Source: a virus
DNA: 64,000 nucleotides
Virus record (IMG/VR): IMGVR_UViG_3300022745_000021
Span: 32,001 to 96,000 of that record
Reading direction: 5' to 3' (one strand)
The position numbers were made by a program, and so were the translations under genes. The notes under the pieces are model-generated. The model ran no database searches. It saw only the letters and a program-made list of their open reading frames with translations, and had not been told where the DNA came from. Every line of letters begins with the position of its first letter. The first letter of the stretch is position 1. Of this stretch, positions 28,265 to 37,045 are shown in pieces.

Positions 28265-28852
28265 TCAGTCCAGCTTGTTGTAATACTGGCCCTTGCCATC
28301 CCATGCGTGCGCCCACGCGTGGCTGGACACCTTGGGACGGTTGTCGGCACCGCACCGCACCTTGAACGGCGTGCCCTTGACGGCGGTCTCGTCGGCTACC
28401 TCGTAACCGTAGAAGCCGGGTTCCGACGACGCGGCGCGCTCGGGGTCGAGCTTGCTGCCCAGCGGCTGGAGCGTCAGTCCGTTCGGCGTGGTGGCGACCA
28501 CCTTGTAGAAGGAGTTGAGGCTCATGGAATATCCCCAATTGGACACGAGGATGTCACCGACTTTGTAGGTGTGCGGCGCGGCGCGCTCGGCCTTGCGAGC
28601 GGCTTTGCGATCGGCGTCCTGCCGGTAGGCTTCAACGGTGCCGGCGATGCGCGCGGCGCGCTTCTCGGCGGTCAGGTAGACCTCCCAGTAGATCGGCTTG
28701 GCCTTCTTGCCATGGAACGCCTTGACGACGGGGCGGCCGGTGGTCTCGTGGTCGTAGGTGTAGAAGACAAGGCCGAGTTCGGTGGCCTCGACCTGTTCGA
28801 GGTTCGGCTTGTCGGTGGGGATGTAGAACTCGCGGTTCAGGGTCATGTGCAT
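28265..28852 (-). CDS. Early hypothetical protein
   Basis: VGDILVSNWGYSM..FYKVV pattern; first gene of a cassette. Confidence 0.75.
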   Translation of the reverse strand: MHMTLNREFYIPTDKPNLEQVEATELGLVFYTYDHETTGRPVVKAFHGKKAKPIYWEVYLTAEKRAARIAGTVEAYRQDADRKAARKAERAAPHTYKVGDILVSNWGYSMSLNSFYKVVATTPNGLTLQPLGSKLDPERAASSEPGFYGYEVADETAVKGTPFKVRCGADNRPKVSSHAWAHAWDGKGQYYNKLD

Positions 28853-28959
28853 CGAATGTCTCCTCGGTGGTCGGTCCGGCCTGCCTGCCGTTCCGATGTC
28901 TCTTAGTACCACGCTGGCGGTACGTTGCAAGCGAAAAAGTGCAACCGGGTTGCAAAATG

Positions 28960-29589
28960 TCAGGCGTGCTGCCTGCCCGGTTCGGCGACGAAGAACTCGG
29001 CGATCTGTTCTGGCGAGAACCCCCAGCCCTGCCCGGCTTGGCCCTTGCCCTCGCGGGACAGCACGATGGCCCCGCTGGTGACCTGTCCGTGGCGCGCGTT
29101 GGTGACGTGGAACTTGTCGCGCGGCTTGAAGGTGACGAGCCGCCCGGTGCCGCCGGGCCGGAAGGCAACCGGCTTGGTGCACATCAGCACCGTCCATTGT
29201 AGGATGGGCTGGCCCGGGTCGATCGGGACCATGCTGTGCTCGAACAGCACGTTGTCGATGATCTTGATCGCCTGCGCGACCGATAGCGCGATCTCCCGGC
29301 CCTCGGTGCGACACGACACCACGCCCACGGGCCTGCCCAGTCCGCCGTCGAAGCTGGCGGCGTACAGCTTCTCGAACTTCTCGGCGGCGGCCGGCGAGAC
29401 GGTGTAGCCCTTTGAGCGGTGGACCCAGCGCCCCCCTACGGCCTCGGCAAGCCATGACGCGCGGCCCTTCATGCCCTCGCGGCTGTCGAGCGGCTGGATC
29501 ACCTTCTTGCCCTTGGCGTAGCGCGCGTCGGTGATCCGGTAGGCGAGGTTGGCGGCGCCGTCGATGGCGATGCGGGTCTCGGCGGTCAT
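28960..29589 (-). CDS. Hypothetical protein
   Basis: ATGA overlap. Confidence 0.65.
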   Translation of the reverse strand: MTAETRIAIDGAANLAYRITDARYAKGKKVIQPLDSREGMKGRASWLAEAVGGRWVHRSKGYTVSPAAAEKFEKLYAASFDGGLGRPVGVVSCRTEGREIALSVAQAIKIIDNVLFEHSMVPIDPGQPILQWTVLMCTKPVAFRPGGTGRLVTFKPRDKFHVTNARHGQVTSGAIVLSREGKGQAGQGWGFSPEQIAEFFVAEPGRQHA

Positions 29590-29873
29590 GCTACGATCTC
29601 CCCGGCCGGGTGGGTGTAGACCGCGCTGCCGGTCTGGAGCACGCGGCGCTCCTGATCGAGCGCGGTGATCTCGGCGGCGATGCCGGCGGCGCGGTCCTGC
29701 GCGTCGAACAGCGCGATCAGGGCGCGGGCCTGCGCGATGCGGCCCCGGGCGTTGTGGTAGAGGCGTTCGCGGCGCACTTCCTCGCCGACGGCGAGCATCA
29801 GGTCGATGTCGAGCAAGCCGATCGCGTGGGTGATGGCGTCGATGCGGGCTTCGGTGACGGTCTGGAACGACAT
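29586..29873 (-). CDS. Early hypothetical protein
   Basis: First gene of a cassette. Confidence 0.7.
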   Translation of the reverse strand: MSFQTVTEARIDAITHAIGLLDIDLMLAVGEEVRRERLYHNARGRIAQARALIALFDAQDRAAGIAAEITALDQERRVLQTGSAVYTHPAGEIVA

Positions 29874-29970
29874 GGTATGGTCTCCTCGTATCGGGCCGGG
29901 ACTGCCTTCCCTGCCGATGACCTTTCATACCACGCCGGGGGTACGGTGCAAGCGAAAAGTGCGGGCGGCC

Positions 29971-30213
29971 CTAGAGCAGGCCCTCTTTTTTCGCGAGCCA
30001 GCCTTGGATCGAGACCGTCCCCGCGCGCTTGCCCCGGTAGTCGGGGTGGTCGCTCACGCCCTCCTCGTGGAAGTCGGCTTGGCTCTTGGGGAACCACATC
30101 GGCGTCACGACGCGGGCGAGCTTGAGCAGGTAGCTCCGGTCGCTTTCCTTGACGACGATCGCGGCGGCCTCGTACGGGGGCGTTTCGCGGCGAGCGGTGT
30201 AGCCTAGGGCCAT
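29971..30213 (-). CDS. Hypothetical protein
   Basis: AGGAG RBS; WFPKSQ...WLAKKEGL. Confidence 0.65.
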   Translation of the reverse strand: MALGYTARRETPPYEAAAIVVKESDRSYLLKLARVVTPMWFPKSQADFHEEGVSDHPDYRGKRAGTVSIQGWLAKKEGLL

Positions 30214-30223
30214 GGGTATACTC

Positions 30224-30439
30224 CTACTTGCGCTTGCCCCGCGCCCGGCGGCGCTGGCGCTTGGTCTGGGGCACGGTGCTGGTGAAGCGTTCGACGTTGC
30301 GGTCCGCGATCGGCGTGTTCCAGCCGGTGTCCGGCCTGCCCCGACGGGGATAGCCGAGCAGATCATCGAACGGACTGTCCATCGGGACGCCATACGACGT
30401 GGCGGTGAGACCAATGGCGTAGGCGAGTGCGGGGAACAT
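30224..30439 (-). CDS. Small basic protein
   Basis: K/R-rich tail; operon continuity. Confidence 0.5.
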   Translation of the reverse strand: MFPALAYAIGLTATSYGVPMDSPFDDLLGYPRRGRPDTGWNTPIADRNVERFTSTVPQTKRQRRRARGKRK

Positions 30440-30447
30440 ACGGCGCG

Positions 30448-30819
30448 TCAGTGCACGTCCTGACACATGATTGTCCGGGCACGGTGTCGCACATTGCTGA
30501 ACGCATCGTCTAGTTGTTCGCGGGTCAGCCCCGACGACGACACGAAAACAACCGGGCGGGGCGGCGGGGTGATCCGCTTCTCGCATACCCATGCCAGCGC
30601 CAGCAGGGCGACGGCGACCGGCAGCAGCAGCGCGGCGAGCAGCCAGTCGTGATGCCCGAAGGCAAAGCCGGCGACGGCGCCGGTGACGAGCGTCAGCCCG
30701 CAAGCGACGCTGGTCAGTGCGGCGTAGCCCCGGTGGTAGTACTCGCCGGTGTGCTTGTCCTGCGCGTAGCCATTGACATAGGCGCGGGCTATAGGGATCA
30801 GGTAGTGTAGCGGCAACAT
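30448..30819 (-). CDS. Membrane protein
   Basis: Two TM segments; GAGGAGAC RBS; motif-B promoter. Confidence 0.65.
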   Translation of the reverse strand: MLPLHYLIPIARAYVNGYAQDKHTGEYYHRGYAALTSVACGLTLVTGAVAGFAFGHHDWLLAALLLPVAVALLALAWVCEKRITPPPRPVVFVSSSGLTREQLDDAFSNVRHRARTIMCQDVH

Positions 30820-30944
30820 GTGGGTGTCTCCTCGTCTCTGCCAAGAACACATGTAGCCTACACATTAGCGGGCGTCAAGCGGCTTGGTTCCAGCCCGTGC
30901 TACGATTTTCCCGGCTCGCGCTTTACCGTTGCAACTGGTTGCAC

Positions 30945-31208
30945 CTATTCCGGCCTCGGCCCGGGGTCGCGGCGCTCCCCGCCCTGCCGGATCGTCTGTC
31001 CCGCCTCGGTCTGCGTGATGTGCGCCGCCCGGACGATGCGCGACTGGCGGATTGCGAAGATCGTGCCGCACACCGCGTCGGCGACGTCCTTCGAGTTGTG
31101 GACGAACACGCCTGCGGCCAGCGCGAAGTTTTCAGTCCCCGGCACCGTCAGGTCGAACACCGGAACGGGCTGCGAGGTAGTTATCCGCGTCACGCGAGTG
31201 CATTTCAT
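30945..31208 (-). CDS. terL: Split intein C-fragment (38 aa) plus terminase large subunit C-extein (49 aa)
   Basis: PVFDLTV...NFALAAGVFVHN|S intein blocks F/G, followed by SKDVADAV, which completes the TerL nuclease motif; own RBS. Confidence 0.92.
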   Translation of the reverse strand: MKCTRVTRITTSQPVPVFDLTVPGTENFALAAGVFVHNSKDVADAVCGTIFAIRQSRIVRAAHITQTEAGQTIRQGGERRDPGPRPE

Positions 31209-32014
31209 GGTAGGTCTCCCCCCTTGGCAGGAGCGTGTTTGCGTCGGCCGGGGTACGGAACAGCCGCCTCCTCCCATACCCGTCGTGCGTGCTCGGCGGC
31301 TTCGGCCTCGTCATCGAAGTACCCCTTCGTCACCTTGCGGAAGATCACGCGCCATCGCCCTTGCGGCGCGAACCACGACACGCCGGTCCACTCGGACGAC
31401 TTGACCGCTCGCCTCGTACACGTGTTGAAGTTGGGGATGACGAAGTCTTCGGGCAAGGGGTCGTCGGGGAAGTTAAGCTCCCGGCCCTGACCCGGGTAAC
31501 GCGCCCGCGCCACGCGGTCGTAGACCTTGGCCGCGATGGTGATGTCTCGGTATTGCCCGTAGTGGACCGTGCCCACTGTCACGCGCCAGAACCCGGCTTC
31601 CTTGGCGGGCTTTACCCCGCGATAGCCGTGCGGCGGCGCGTCTCCCATGTAGCCACGGATTGCCACGCGTGTCCTCCCGCAGTTGACGGCGTCCGGCAGG
31701 TGGCGAAGGTTTCGCCGCCGGCAGTCAAGTCGGTCGTGGTTTTCATGGTCAATATGCATACCCGGCGGTGCCCTGCCCGCGATCAGGCTGTGCAGCGATC
31801 GGTTTTCCGTGCGCTTGCAGCTGACCCGGCTGTGCCCCTGTCGGTGCCGGATGCTGTACGCGTAGCCGTTGTTCAGGTGTAGCGCCAGCCCGTCCACCAA
31901 GGGCACGTCGGCATAGTCGATCTTGGCCCACACCCACGTGCCCTTGGGTCCGCGCACCGGAACCTCGACGTAGTCGGGCAAAAACCGAAAGGGCGGCCAG
32001 TCGATGTAGGTCAC
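31205..32014 (-). mobile_element. Free-standing HNH-AP2 homing endonuclease between the terL halves
   Basis: LHSLI...IDHENHDRLDCRRRNLR (HNH) plus two AP2-like domains (YRGV...AAKVYD...LNFP; WTGVSW...GYFDDE.EAA); own TTGACT/TATAGT promoter. Confidence 0.9.
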
Positions 32015-32055
32015 GGGTTGTTCTCCTCACCGACTATATCGTACCACCCCCCTAG

Positions 32056-34197
32056 TTAGTCAAGCCCTTGAATATCATCCGTTTCGCCCAAATGCTGCGC
32101 TTCCTTGTACGTGCCGTCCGTCAGCAGGAAGCGGTGGTCAGGCGTGCAACGGATTACCGCGCCGTTTTCCAGTTCGACCTCGACCAGATCGCAGGTGCGC
32201 ATGGTCTCGCGCGGCTTGCAGCCGGTTGCAATCCGGGCCTCACCGTCAAACGTCACGATCTCCACGTCGGCGCCGGTCGCTGCCAGTTCGTCGAACCGCA
32301 CGTCCCTGCCATCAGCGAGGCGAACTAGCGTATCGCCCGTGAAGCAGCCGTTCGGCGGGTGATCGACCTTCTGTTTCTCGGTGTTCAGTTCCAGCTGGGT
32401 CAGTTCGACCTTGAGTTGTTCGCTGTCGAGCAGCGCCAGCCGGTCCTCGTACATCGACCGGCGAAATTCCTCGTACGGCTCGGTGGTGCGGTCCATGGAC
32501 AGCGCCCACGACTTGATCCCGGTCTTGTTGATCGCCTGCCTGCTTTCCGCGCTCTGGAAGCCGTCGTAGGTGATCGCGTACAGGTTGAAGCCATAGTAGG
32601 TGGACAGCAGCATGACCCACCGGCGGACCTCGGCGATGTCCAGTTCGCGCTGCGGACTTGGCTTGATCGCGCAGGCCATGACGTTGGTGATGACCGGCGC
32701 GCGCTCGATCACCCCGTCGCGCAGCACGTTCTGCAAACCCTCCAGACGCGACACGGCGACGCCGCAACAGTCGCCGGTGAGCGACAAGTCGATATGCGCG
32801 AAGTGGGGGCGCTGCTTGATGCTGGCGGGCAGGCTCTCCAGATATTGCCCCTGCCACTGCGGCATCCCCCGCGTCGCCAGTTCGGCGTAAGTGTCGGTGC
32901 AGTAGGGCCGCGTCTTGCGCTCGGTGCGGCGCTGGATCGCCTCGATGATCTTGTGGCGCTGGCCGATGAACGGGCTGATCGCGTCGGTGGCGACGCCGAC
33001 GATGTCGCGCAGCGCGCCCTCGGGATCGACGATGAAGCGTTCGCGGTACTCGATCGGCAGCGTCTCGATCTTGGCGCGCTCGGGGTAGTCGATCCCCGGC
33101 ATCATGCCATTCTCGATCACCTTGGTCCGGTACTCGTCCGTGCCCACGACGATCTGGAACTTCTCGCCCGAGAAGCGGTCCTGCGGCACCACCTCGTACT
33201 GTTTGCGGCGCAGGCACAGGATGCCTTGCAGGTTGTGCTTCTTGACCTCGTCCATGCGCTGGTCGAGGAAGTCGGACTTGTAGCGGGTGGACGACAGGAT
33301 GCACAGCACCCCCAAGGTGTAGCCCCGCGTCGTGAACGAACGGCCCTGACGACGGGCGATGTTGTCGTAGACCTCGCGGGCCTGATCGAACTTGCCCCCG
33401 CCGCCGCGCGAACCCACGGCCTGCTTGGAGTTTTCGATGATCCGCATGAAGTTGACTTCGTCGAGCATCGACCCGGCGATGGCCTGACCAAGGATCGCCT
33501 CGATGTTGGCGAGCGCGGGCACGATGGTGACGCCCGAGTTGAAGATCAGTTCGGTCTCGCGCTGCTTGTCCCACGTCAGCCACCGCTGCACGAACGGCAT
33601 CGACGTGAACATTTGCCGGAACGGGCGGTAGATGACGCGCCGGGTGATCGCCTGACTGACGCTCTGGAACATGAACACGATCGGCGTGATCGCGGCGAGG
33701 TTGTACATCAGCTGCGGGGTGTTGAAGCACTCGAACAGGTAGGCTTGGTGCGCGATGGTGACGTAGCTCAAGGTCGTCTTGCCGGTGCCGGTCGCGCCGC
33801 CGAGCAACGCCTGCCGGACCGGTGCGGCGCCGGTGAAGACGTCGGGGTTCATCATGCGGATGTCACGGCGCAGCGCGGGCCAGATTTCCTGAATGTTGCC
33901 AAGGAACTCGGGGCTTTCGCAGAACTCGTCGATGGTGACGGGCACGCGTTTCATGAAGGCGAGGTGGCGCAGCTTGTGCAGGTTGTCGCGTTCGCTGGCT
34001 TCCTCCAGCGCGTGGGCGTAGATTTTCGCCATGCGGCTGTGCGGACCGTGCAGGCCCTCGGCCTCGGACTGCAACCGCTCGGCCTCGTTGAGCAGGACAT
34101 GGCGGACGCGTTCCCGGCGCTCGTTGCGCACGTCCTCGATCCGCGAGCGCAGGCGCGGGGCGACTTGGCTGTCGGGGTAGCGGGCAGCGTCGGTCAT
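32056..34197 (-). CDS. terL: Terminase large subunit N-extein (617 aa) fused to split intein N-fragment (96 aa, 32059-32346)
   Basis: Walker A GGATGTGKT, Walker B MLDE, HIDLS nuclease motif, DHPPNG|CFTGDT intein block A, CTPDHRF block B, then stop. Confidence 0.92.
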   Translation of the reverse strand: MTDAARYPDSQVAPRLRSRIEDVRNERRERVRHVLLNEAERLQSEAEGLHGPHSRMAKIYAHALEEASERDNLHKLRHLAFMKRVPVTIDEFCESPEFLGNIQEIWPALRRDIRMMNPDVFTGAAPVRQALLGGATGTGKTTLSYVTIAHQAYLFECFNTPQLMYNLAAITPIVFMFQSVSQAITRRVIYRPFRQMFTSMPFVQRWLTWDKQRETELIFNSGVTIVPALANIEAILGQAIAGSMLDEVNFMRIIENSKQAVGSRGGGGKFDQAREVYDNIARRQGRSFTTRGYTLGVLCILSSTRYKSDFLDQRMDEVKKHNLQGILCLRRKQYEVVPQDRFSGEKFQIVVGTDEYRTKVIENGMMPGIDYPERAKIETLPIEYRERFIVDPEGALRDIVGVATDAISPFIGQRHKIIEAIQRRTERKTRPYCTDTYAELATRGMPQWQGQYLESLPASIKQRPHFAHIDLSLTGDCCGVAVSRLEGLQNVLRDGVIERAPVITNVMACAIKPSPQRELDIAEVRRWVMLLSTYYGFNLYAITYDGFQSAESRQAINKTGIKSWALSMDRTTEPYEEFRRSMYEDRLALLDSEQLKVELTQLELNTEKQKVDHPPNGCFTGDTLVRLADGRDVRFDELAATGADVEIVTFDGEARIATGCKPRETMRTCDLVEVELENGAVIRCTPDHRFLLTDGTYKEAQHLGETDDIQGLD

Positions 34198-35102
34198 GCG
34201 CGCGTCCTCACCCGTGCCGGCGGCAAGCCGGGGCCATCGTCGATCCGGGTATCCCAGCCGCCCGCGCTGTCCTCGGTGTCCGCGAAATCGTCGCCGTCGG
34301 GGTCAAGCGTGTCACCCGGCTCCGGTTCGGCCGGGATGCCGCCGGTGTCGCCCAGCGACCGTGCCGCCGGGTCCTGCCAGCCGCCCCCTGCCCCGTCACC
34401 GCCCGGGCCGCCGCCGGGATCGCCGGGGATGTCGATGGCGTCCTCGTCGCCGATGTCGTCGATCGGGCCGTGCGCGGCGTCCACCAGCGCGTCGATGACG
34501 CCGTTGATCGCCCCGGACAGCGCGCGGACGGCGGTCACGCTCTCGTCCTCGTTGCTGGCTTGCAGCGACACGCCCCGGAAGCCGCCGACCTTCTCGATGA
34601 ACTCGAACTCGTTGCGCATGACGGTCATAAGGCTGTCGCGGGCGCGGTGCTTGTCCACCTCGGACGAGCCGCCGCGCTGGAGCGCGAAGAACGCGCTTTC
34701 GCGGAGCGAGCGGAACATTTGCACGTGCTCGGCGATGACCCCCATCCCGTCGAAGCGGGTGACGGCGGCCTCGCGCATTTCCTTGCGCGCCTCGGTCAGC
34801 AGGGCGCGGGTCCACGTCAGGCCGAACTGGAAGGTCTTGGCGATGTCCTCGTCGCGCACCCCGGCCATCGCCATGCGCAGCATTTGCTGTTTGGCGTAGA
34901 CGCGTGCGGACGAACCACCCTCGACCGCCTTGATCTGGCGGTAGCGCACGGCGGGTTCGGCCGAGAGGCTATCGCCGTAGATGAACGTCCCCTCGGCGGT
35001 GGGTGCCGGTTCAGGCTGCGCGGCAGCGACGTTGTCGTCCACGGCGATCACCCGCCGGGTGCGGGGCCGGGCCGGCGGGAGGGGTCGAGGTGCCTGCGCC
35101 AT
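34194..35102 (-). CDS. Putative terminase small subunit
   Basis: Directly upstream of terL with ATGA overlap; HTH-like GVRDEDIAKTFQF; acidic disordered tail. Confidence 0.6.
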   Translation of the reverse strand: MAQAPRPLPPARPRTRRVIAVDDNVAAAQPEPAPTAEGTFIYGDSLSAEPAVRYRQIKAVEGGSSARVYAKQQMLRMAMAGVRDEDIAKTFQFGLTWTRALLTEARKEMREAAVTRFDGMGVIAEHVQMFRSLRESAFFALQRGGSSEVDKHRARDSLMTVMRNEFEFIEKVGGFRGVSLQASNEDESVTAVRALSGAINGVIDALVDAAHGPIDDIGDEDAIDIPGDPGGGPGGDGAGGGWQDPAARSLGDTGGIPAEPEPGDTLDPDGDDFADTEDSAGGWDTRIDDGPGLPPARVRTRA

Positions 35103-35264
35103 GGGTCAATCCCATGCGAACGGGGGAAGATAGATCACGGGCGCGCTCCCTCATACCCCTTGACGGGGATTGGCTGGACCCTACACATGTAGGGAGGCCG
35201 TTAGGGAAGTGCAACGCCGTAACTCGCTGCAACCAGTTGCAACCGGCGGGAACGCGCCGGAAAA

Positions 35265-35606
35265 TCAGGCGAGGATTTTGCCCGGCGCGGTCTGGCCCGA
35301 CGTGCGCACGGTCGTGCCCCGGGCGCGCAGTTCGTCGGCGACGCGCTGGATCGTGGAGATACCCACGCCGTACTTGTCGCGCAGCTTGGCGTACGACAGC
35401 CCGCCCTTGGTCAGGTCAGCGGCGATGGCCGCGCGGGTGTCGTCGGGGACGGTCGGCTGGCCGTACTTGGCCGCGCGTTCCTTCCAGAAGGCATCGGCGA
35501 TCTGCGAGGCGAGGGCATGGGCGTCTTCGGGCGAGTGCACGCCGAGCAGGCCGTTATAGACCGCGTCCCATACTTCCTGTCGGATGATCGTCTGCTTTGC
35601 CACCAT
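35265..35606 (-). CDS. HTH transcription regulator, Mor/C-like
   Basis: N-terminal helices plus GLSYAKLRDKYGVGISTIQRV HTH; tandem motif-C sites in its promoter. Confidence 0.7.
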   Translation of the reverse strand: MVAKQTIIRQEVWDAVYNGLLGVHSPEDAHALASQIADAFWKERAAKYGQPTVPDDTRAAIAADLTKGGLSYAKLRDKYGVGISTIQRVADELRARGTTVRTSGQTAPGKILA

Positions 35607-35617
35607 GCCCTCGTCTG

Positions 35618-35659
35618 ATACCGGGGGCTTGGTATGTGCCGTTGACGTGGTACTGTCAA
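35618..35659 (-). promoter_or_regulatory. Promoter with two abutting motif-C operators
   Basis: TTGACA-GTACC ACGTCAAC GGCAC-ATACC AAGCCCCC GGTAT. Confidence 0.7.
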
Positions 35660-35763
35660 GGGGCAAAATGGGGTAAGGCATGGTAGCGCATAGGGTCGGG
35701 GGTGAGGTGGGCTGGGTCGCAGGTGCCCCCCTCACCCCCTTCGTGGGTACGCCGGGACGGGGG

Positions 35764-35916
35764 TCAGGCATACGCACGATCTCGCTTGAACTCGCGGGCC
35801 TCGCAGCGGGCCATGTCACGGGCCTTGGCGTTCGCGCGGCGCTCGCGGGTGCGAACCCGGGCGGCCTGCGCTTCACCGTCGATGACGAGGACGACGTTCT
35901 GGAAAGTCTTGCTCAT
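35764..35916 (-). CDS. 50-aa basic early protein
   Basis: First gene of a cassette; AGGAGACC RBS. Confidence 0.65.
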   Translation of the reverse strand: MSKTFQNVVLVIDGEAQAARVRTRERRANAKARDMARCEAREFKRDRAYA

Positions 35917-36062
35917 GGGTGGTCTCCTTGTTTGCCGGGCCTGCCTGCCCTGCCCCATGACCATACCGGTTTGGCGGTACGGTGCAAGCGAAAAAACAGC
36001 CCGGGAGAAAATATCTCGCCGGGCTGCCGTCGCTCTATGTCGTGTCTGTCTAGGGGCGGGGA

Positions 36063-36308
36063 TCAGCCCGGGCCGTCGCGGGCGTAGACAGTCACGATAC
36101 GCTCCTTGGAGGGAACAAGGCGGGTGCGGCGCAGGCGTTGCTCTGCCCATTGGCCGGGGAAGCTCGCCCACTCCCAGACAGCGTTGCCGCACATGCCGAT
36201 CCCGGCGCAGATCAGCAACCCGGCGGCGGCGATCAGTGACACCGCCCCGCCCAGCGCCCAGAGCACCAGATGGAGCGGCAGACACAAGGCGCGGACCAGC
36301 CCGATCAT
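36063..36308 (-). CDS. Small membrane protein
   Basis: Hydrophobic N-terminal half; ATGA overlap. Confidence 0.5.
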   Translation of the reverse strand: MIGLVRALCLPLHLVLWALGGAVSLIAAAGLLICAGIGMCGNAVWEWASFPGQWAEQRLRRTRLVPSKERIVTVYARDGPG

Positions 36309-37045
36309 GCAGGGGCTTCCGCGTTGGTGTCAGGGTGCGCGTCAGGGCGGACATCGGCCAGCGTGTTGGCCTTGCCGTTGCCCACGGCGGGACGCCATGC
36401 CTGACTGTAGGCGTGGTTCTCGATGTCGAGCTTGACGAACACGTTGTCCATCATCAGCCGCTCGATCTCGTGGCGGTCCGCGCCGATGCCCGCGCAGACT
36501 TCCTCGATCGGCACGCCGTGGTCTTCGACCAGCCCCTTGATAAGCGTGTGCATAAGGCTGGCTTGGTGCGACCCCTTGGCGCGGTTGATGCGCACGGTGA
36601 GCATCATGCGCTCGGCGACCGAGAGCTTGAGCACGGCGGCGGGCACCCGGCCCCCCGACATCGCCGCCACGTCCTTGTCGATCTTGGTCATCGTCGAGCG
36701 GTGGAAGCCGTCGATGATCTCGTAGTAGGTCGTGGGCGCGCAGTCGCAGGGACCGGCCGGCGACGCCGGTTCGTTGTGCACCGCGCAGTCGGAGGCGTGC
36801 TCCACTTCCTCGCTGACCAGCACCGGCTGTATCCAGCCGTTGGTGAGCAGGCTGTGCTTGATGAGCTTGAACTCGGGACCGAGCACGTGGTTGGGGTTCC
36901 ACGAGTTGGAGCGCAGGTCGTCGGTGTGTATCCAGCGGATGTTGTTGATCGGCAGGTCATCGAACGCGACGACGTGGATGCCGGCGTCGGCCGGGGTCAG
37001 CGCCTCGGCGGCCAGCTTGGGCCGGGCGGTTTTCGTGCTAGTCAC
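36305..37045 (-). CDS. IbrB-like ParB/sulfiredoxin-fold protein
   Basis: N.WNPN...L...SL..NGWIQP...EIIDGFHR...TVRINRAKGSH. Confidence 0.85.
   Translation of the reverse strand: MTSTKTARPKLAAEALTPADAGIHVVAFDDLPINNIRWIHTDDLRSNSWNPNHVLGPEFKLIKHSLLTNGWIQPVLVSEEVEHASDCAVHNEPASPAGPCDCAPTTYYEIIDGFHRSTMTKIDKDVAAMSGGRVPAAVLKLSVAERMMLTVRINRAKGSHQASLMHTLIKGLVEDHGVPIEEVCAGIGADRHEIERLMMDNVFVKLDIENHAYSQAWRPAVGNGKANTLADVRPDAHPDTNAEAPA

Larger units (their letters stand above)
17386..35996 (-). repeat. Dispersed family of promoter-leader cassettes at about 17386-17505, 19946-20043, 20610-20700, 22774-22878, 23611-23715, 24821-24905, 25393-25481, 27486-27571, 28858-28954, 29879-29962 and 35921-35996; degenerate copies at 3079-3160 and 3758-3846
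   Basis: Shared order on the minus strand: [motif A]-T-tract-TTGAC/TTGCA-RTACC N8 GGTAY/-10-GGCAGGCAGGCC-GAGGAGACC-ATG (not every element in every copy). Confidence 0.9.

Noticed and set aside
17386-29962. Repeated cassettes as a CRISPR array or integron attC sites
   Set aside because: Spacing is irregular and gene-sized, the repeats decompose into promoter and RBS elements, and no cas operon or integrase is present. The Cas4-like gene sits in the recombination block.
31205-32056. terL as a pseudogene, or interrupted by a group I intron
   Set aside because: Both intein halves retain their catalytic residues and IntC has its own RBS. Only about 40 non-coding bp flank the endonuclease, too little for an intron core.
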